Assembly: GCA_963726265.1 (NCBI GenBank)
Contig: CAVSBQ010000002.1
Location: 672,001-736,000, forward strand
Length of the DNA stretch: 64,000 nt
DNA from: Candidatus Aenigmatarchaeota archaeon
GTDB lineage: Archaea; Aenigmatarchaeota; Aenigmatarchaeia; QMZP01; QMZT01
Direction of reading: 5' to 3'
Position 1 is the stretch's first letter. Each line of letters begins with the position of its first letter. This document shows, one piece after another, positions 59,522 to 64,000 of this stretch. The notes below the pieces were generated by a model that saw only the letters and a program-made list of their open reading frames with translations, did no database searches and was not told the DNA's origin. The translations under genes and the position numbers were made by a program.

Positions 59522-59990
59522 TTATTTCTCGAGTCTGACCGTTTTCGAGCAGTTTCCGATTAACTCGCCGCTCTTCCAGAGCTTCCATGACGATGTCGTA
59601 ATCACCGGGCGCAACGCCCGCGCAGCCGTAGCAGCTCGGCATGCGGAAGACGAAGGTTTCGTTCGTTCCCAGCATCCCAACGCTCACGTTCCTTTCCTCG
59701 TTTACCCTGTAATTTCCCCTGCTGTCAGGGATGCCGTAAAGTTTCAGCGTCACGACATCATCCTCCGGGAGAGTCACGCTTACGTTTATTTCCATTTCCT
59801 CCGCGGAGCGGTAGACTTCCTTGTCAGCAGACATGCTCATTTCAGGCTTGTTTATTGCTGTCATGCCGGTGTCATTCGCCTTCGTAACAAGCACCGAAAA
59901 AATTATGGCCGTGGAAAGTAAAACCAGCATCGCCGCGATGGCAAATTTTCCCAGACGTTTAAACATGTTTTTACCTTTATTATCCACCAA
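59522..59990 (-). CDS. Secreted Ig-like hypothetical protein, probable frameshift near 59577
   Basis: N-terminal TM helix; MPSCYGCAG. The alternative frame ends KSGELIGNCSKTVRLEK* at 59522. Confidence 0.6.
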
Positions 59991-60006
59991 TTTTATTTAA
60001 TATATT

Positions 60007-63000
60007 ATGGTTAAAAAGGCACTTCTAGCCCTGCTTATGCTTATCGTTTTTCTGGCGTTCCTGCAGCAGTATGCCTTTGCCGCATCCCCCAGTGTGACGC
60101 TCGTCTCGCCAGGCGATGGCAACGTTTCATCCGCAAGCAACATGACATTCGTTTGCAACGCCAGCGACGACGGCAACGTCTACAACGTCTCCCTTTTCAC
60201 CGACATAAACGGTTCCTTCGCCGTTTACAACACCAAAAAAATAATGGAAACCGAAAGCGATGCCAGCACGACGCTGCTTTGCCGCTTCGACGGCACTTAC
60301 ACATGCGATGGCGGAGAAAGCGGAACGGCGTCAGAGACGGATTTCGCCACCACCAAATTCATGCAGGGCGTCAGAATCAACGAAACCGACACGCTCACTT
60401 ACCCGACAGCCGGCAACCTCAACTATGACAAGGGCTCGCTGGAATTCTGGATAATGCCGGATACCAGCGGAGATAATCTTTACCTTTTTTCCACTGACTC
60501 GTATGGCGGCATCGGGAATCGCATCAAACTTTATACGGAAAGCGGGTCGCTCAAATTCGAATTTATCGACAATGCCAATCCCGAAAACATTTTATCCGCG
60601 GAATATCCAATTGCCTGGGGCTCAGAATGGCATCATGTAGTTTTATTGTGGGATCTTTACAATAACGCAGGCACTTGCGAAACTGATCTTTTCGTGGATG
60701 GTTCAAATAGTTCCACTTCTTGTATAGGAAGTTATACTGAACATGGCTCGTCATTCGGAACCAATATGTATTTGGGCAGCAACAAGGCAGGCGGTTCTCA
60801 GCAGACGGGCGTCTACGACGAGTTCATCGCCTTCAACCGCGTTCTGAGCGCGGATGAGATTTACTCCTCTTACATAAAAGGCGCCGCGGATCATTACAAC
60901 GAATCCGTAAACTGGACCATCAGCAACATATCAGACGGAGCCCACAAGTGGGCATGCCTGGCGTCACGACAACGCAACGGAAAGCGCATGGTCTTCCAAC
61001 CGCACCTTTTACGTCGACGCCGTCAGTCCGCCGGTAGTAAACAGCATAACGCTTTCGCCATCGCAAGGATGACATAAAGACCCCGGAGTCATGAAATCAA
61101 TGTCACTGCTAACATGACGGACACAGCAATGTGAGCCATGGCGTTTTCCAGTTAGAGAGCGCACTGGACCAGACTTTGGATGAACATAATAGGATGACAA
61201 GATAACAGGCTTACGGAATGGGAGGTATCCATCAACATAAACATTGAAGGTGAGGAGTTTACGATTACATGATATGGTCCAACGATACACTCTTGGTCAC
61301 GGCGGCAATTCATCTATTTATAACGTTACTGTGGCAGTTGGATTTTACATGGATTATCAATGCACATCCCAGATTTGGGCAACAGTCGGAAATATTAAAT
61401 GCAACAGGATTGCTAAGTCGGGAATATTGGTTGTAAATAACACGGGAGACAAAATGCTTTTTTTCATTTAGTTGATGACTGGAACAATATCGGAAGTTGT
61501 GGCGTGGGCACTGACTGACGAAATTTATTATAATGGAAGTACAAGTTATCAATTTTCACTTTCGAACAAAAGCACAATAGAAATAAACATTACTGGTTTG
61601 TTCGAATATCGTGACAGCGAAAAGAATTTTACAATAAACATATCCGCCGAACCATACGAACCAGAAAAAACGGCAACGCCACCGAGACGGATGACAATAA
61701 ACGTTACCATGAATTCGTATACAGGTGGTCCCTACTTCATATTTTTACATCATTTCTCCTTATGACTTCCGTCAATCAAAGCCAGACCTTCAATCTGACA
61801 GGCGTGATAAAAAACATAGGAAATGAAACTGCCAACAACACGATTCTATGAGTGGAATTTGCCGAACGGCTGGGGCATAGTCTCAGGCAACTATAGCGTT
61901 AATTTAGGGAACATAAACGTCCGGTGACAACATCCTTTAATAACATGACCATTACTATTAATCCCGCTACGGTTGCGCCTGGAACATATGCCATATGCGC
62001 CAATGCGACATGCAACCAGAGTATTAACGGGTCTGCATCAGTTTCGATAGGCGTTTTGTGCAGCAATGACGACGGCGTTTGCGGCAACGGCTGTTCATAT
62101 GTAACGGACGACGACTGCTCGCTTCCCGGCGGCGGCACGAGCGGAGGCACGACTCTGACCTCAATTGCCGGCGTCGGGAGGGAATACAAAATCGGGCTTG
62201 CTTTACCTTCGAGGCTTGACGTCAACAGAGGCGAAAGTCAGGCCATCAGAATCGGAGTCACCAACAACATTTCGGGCGCAAAGCTCACCGGCGTCCGCCT
62301 GTCGCTTTCCGGCTATCCCCAGACCTTCATCAGTTTCTCACCTTCGCGCATCGATGAAATAGCGCACAAGGAAACCAGGTATTTCGACGTCGAGATAAGG
62401 GCGCCAGTTTACGCCGTTTACGGCGAATATTACCTGAATGTCAGCGTGAAAGGCGAGTTCACCGAAGGCAGCGACAAAAGGAGCGCTGAAAACAGCGTAA
62501 AAGTCATGCTGGTCACCCACAAGTTCATAGGCAACGAAACCGCGGGCTACCTTGAAAAGGCGGAAGCGGCCATGAACGAGATGGCGGAAGCCGGCTTCGA
62601 CACCAAAGAAATAGGCGCGCTGGTCGATGAAATCGGGAAGGCGCTGGACGATGGCAATTATGACAGGGCGAAGGAGCTGTCCGAAGAGGCGACGGGCATC
62701 AGGGATTCCGCCTTCAAGCTTAGCGGGCAGATAAGCATGACAGAGAAAAACCTGGAAGGCATGAAAAGCCAGGGCATCAGCCTCGCCGAGAGCGAAAAGA
62801 TGCTTTTCCTGGCGAAAGCGGCTTTCCAGCGCGGCGATTACAGGATGGCGGAGGGAAGGATAAGCGGGGCCATGCTTGTATATGCAGTCGAAACCGGGAA
62901 TTCGGCAATCCTCATATTCGTGAACAAATACTGGTGGTTCCTGGCCGCGGCCTCGTTAATCTGCGCATCGGTGATTGTTTTCGGCAGGAGAAAAATACAG

Positions 63001-63405
63001 CGCCTGTCCCTCACCAAGGATCTGTACTATCTCGCCGGAGATGAGAAAAAGACATACGAGCTCATGGAAGCCCTGCAGAAGGAGCATTTCATCGAGAGAA
63101 AGATGGGTACAGAAAGCTACCTGCGAGATGTTGAAAATTACGAAAGGATACTCGCCGGCATAAGGAAGAGAAGGACGGAGATCCTTTCAAAAAGCGTCAG
63201 GATGCTCAAGGCCAAAGATGCGCTGAAAAGGCTGAAGGCCGAGGAAGAGCGCGCCATCTGCATGATAACTGAGGCGCAGGAGAGCTATTTCAGGCACGGC
63301 AAAATAGGCAAGACGCGGTATGAAAAAACGGTCGGCGACCTCAGGGCAGAAATGGTAGAGATAGAAAGGCTTGCTGAAATCACAAGGAGCGACAAACATG
63401 CTTAG
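60007..63405 (+). CDS. Large surface protein (signal peptide, LamG-like, Ig/CARDB-like, helical, TM, cytoplasmic tail), broken into fragments between about 60950 and 61930
   Basis: LamG-like GSLEFWI..WHHVVLLW..LFVDG..MYLG..DEFIAFNRVLSADEI. Short Asn/Thr-rich fragments bridge to ORF 61924..63405, which lacks its own signal peptide. Confidence 0.6.
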
Positions 63406-64000
63406 AAGGCTTTTATTACTGGGCTTGATTATCCTCCTTTTGTCAGCCGCGCCTGCAAGCAGCGAAGTGACCAGGGACTCTGCCCTGCTGGCGATAAGCG
63501 AAGCAGATAGCGTGATTGGACAGATGCAGGAGGACGGTTTTAGCGTAACCTACGCCAATGACACGCTGAACGAAGCAAGGCTGCTGCTGGAGCAAAAATA
63601 TTATGAGGCATCGGAGGCGCTCGCCAGAAAAGTCCTCGATATACGGGATAGCGCGCTCAGGGTCAGCGGCCTCATGGATACGGTGGAGGCGAGGCTATAC
63701 GAGCTGACTGCGAAGGGCTATGAAGTTTCTGATGCAAAGGCCCTGTTCGCATCAGGCCTTTCTGAGTTCAAGCTGGGCAATTTCGATGATGCCGAAAAAA
63801 TACTGGACAATGCGGTCAGCAGGCTCGACGAGATAGAGAGCGAGGAAGCGCTGAAGAGGGCGGGTGCGGCAGGAGGCGTTGATGTCGTAGCTTTGCTACT
63901 CGATTACCTGTGGCTTATTGTAATCGTCTTCCTGGCCGCGTTCATAACAGGGATGAAGCTCAGGAGCGCGTCCGCCGCGAGAAAACGCAAAAGCAGGATA
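63398..64000 (+). CDS. Secreted/membrane helical-repeat protein, cut off by the window end
   Basis: ATG at 63398, MLRRLLLLGLIILLLSAAPAS; helical repeats resembling the upstream protein's C-terminal part; TM near 63900. Confidence 0.75.
   Translation, partial: MLRRLLLLGLIILLLSAAPASSEVTRDSALLAISEADSVIGQMQEDGFSVTYANDTLNEARLLLEQKYYEASEALARKVLDIRDSALRVSGLMDTVEARLYELTAKGYEVSDAKALFASGLSEFKLGNFDDAEKILDNAVSRLDEIESEEALKRAGAAGGVDVVALLLDYLWLIVIVFLAAFITGMKLRSASAARKRKSRI

Noticed and set aside
59100..60000. Integrated mobile element at the tRNA pair
   Set aside because: No integrase, and I found no duplicated tRNA 3' end (att site) in the window.

Overview
A gene-dense archaeal chromosome segment with few biosynthetic genes and many surface proteins. 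This points to a DPANN archaeon, possibly Aenigmarchaeota-like (inference only). Housekeeping genes: pheS/pheT, glyS, argS, rps17e, rpl21e, rpl15e, rpo4, pus10, DNA ligase, ABCE1, pyrH, pth2, prefoldin alpha, SRP RNA, and two intron-containing tRNAs (Trp-CCA, Arg-GCG). The strongest candidate for an under-described system is a three-gene ESCRT-like operon at 34638-38190. It encodes a Snf7/ESCRT-III-like helical protein, a Vps4/CdvC-like MIT-AAA ATPase, and a TPR/SNAP-Ig-adaptin-appendage-like protein, and it sits divergently from a large pilus-type vWA adhesin. Other points of interest: an incomplete Mbh/Mbx-type membrane complex operon, a TrmB-flanked cluster of unknown proteins with a TIM barrel, a CBS-HPF hibernation-factor candidate, a dispersed type IV pilus set, and very large Cys-rich or LamG surface proteins. 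Several genes, including DNA ligase, carry single-base frameshifts that are most likely assembly errors. I saw no CRISPR array, transposase, integrase or reverse transcriptase. All family assignments come from motif recognition by eye; no searches were run.
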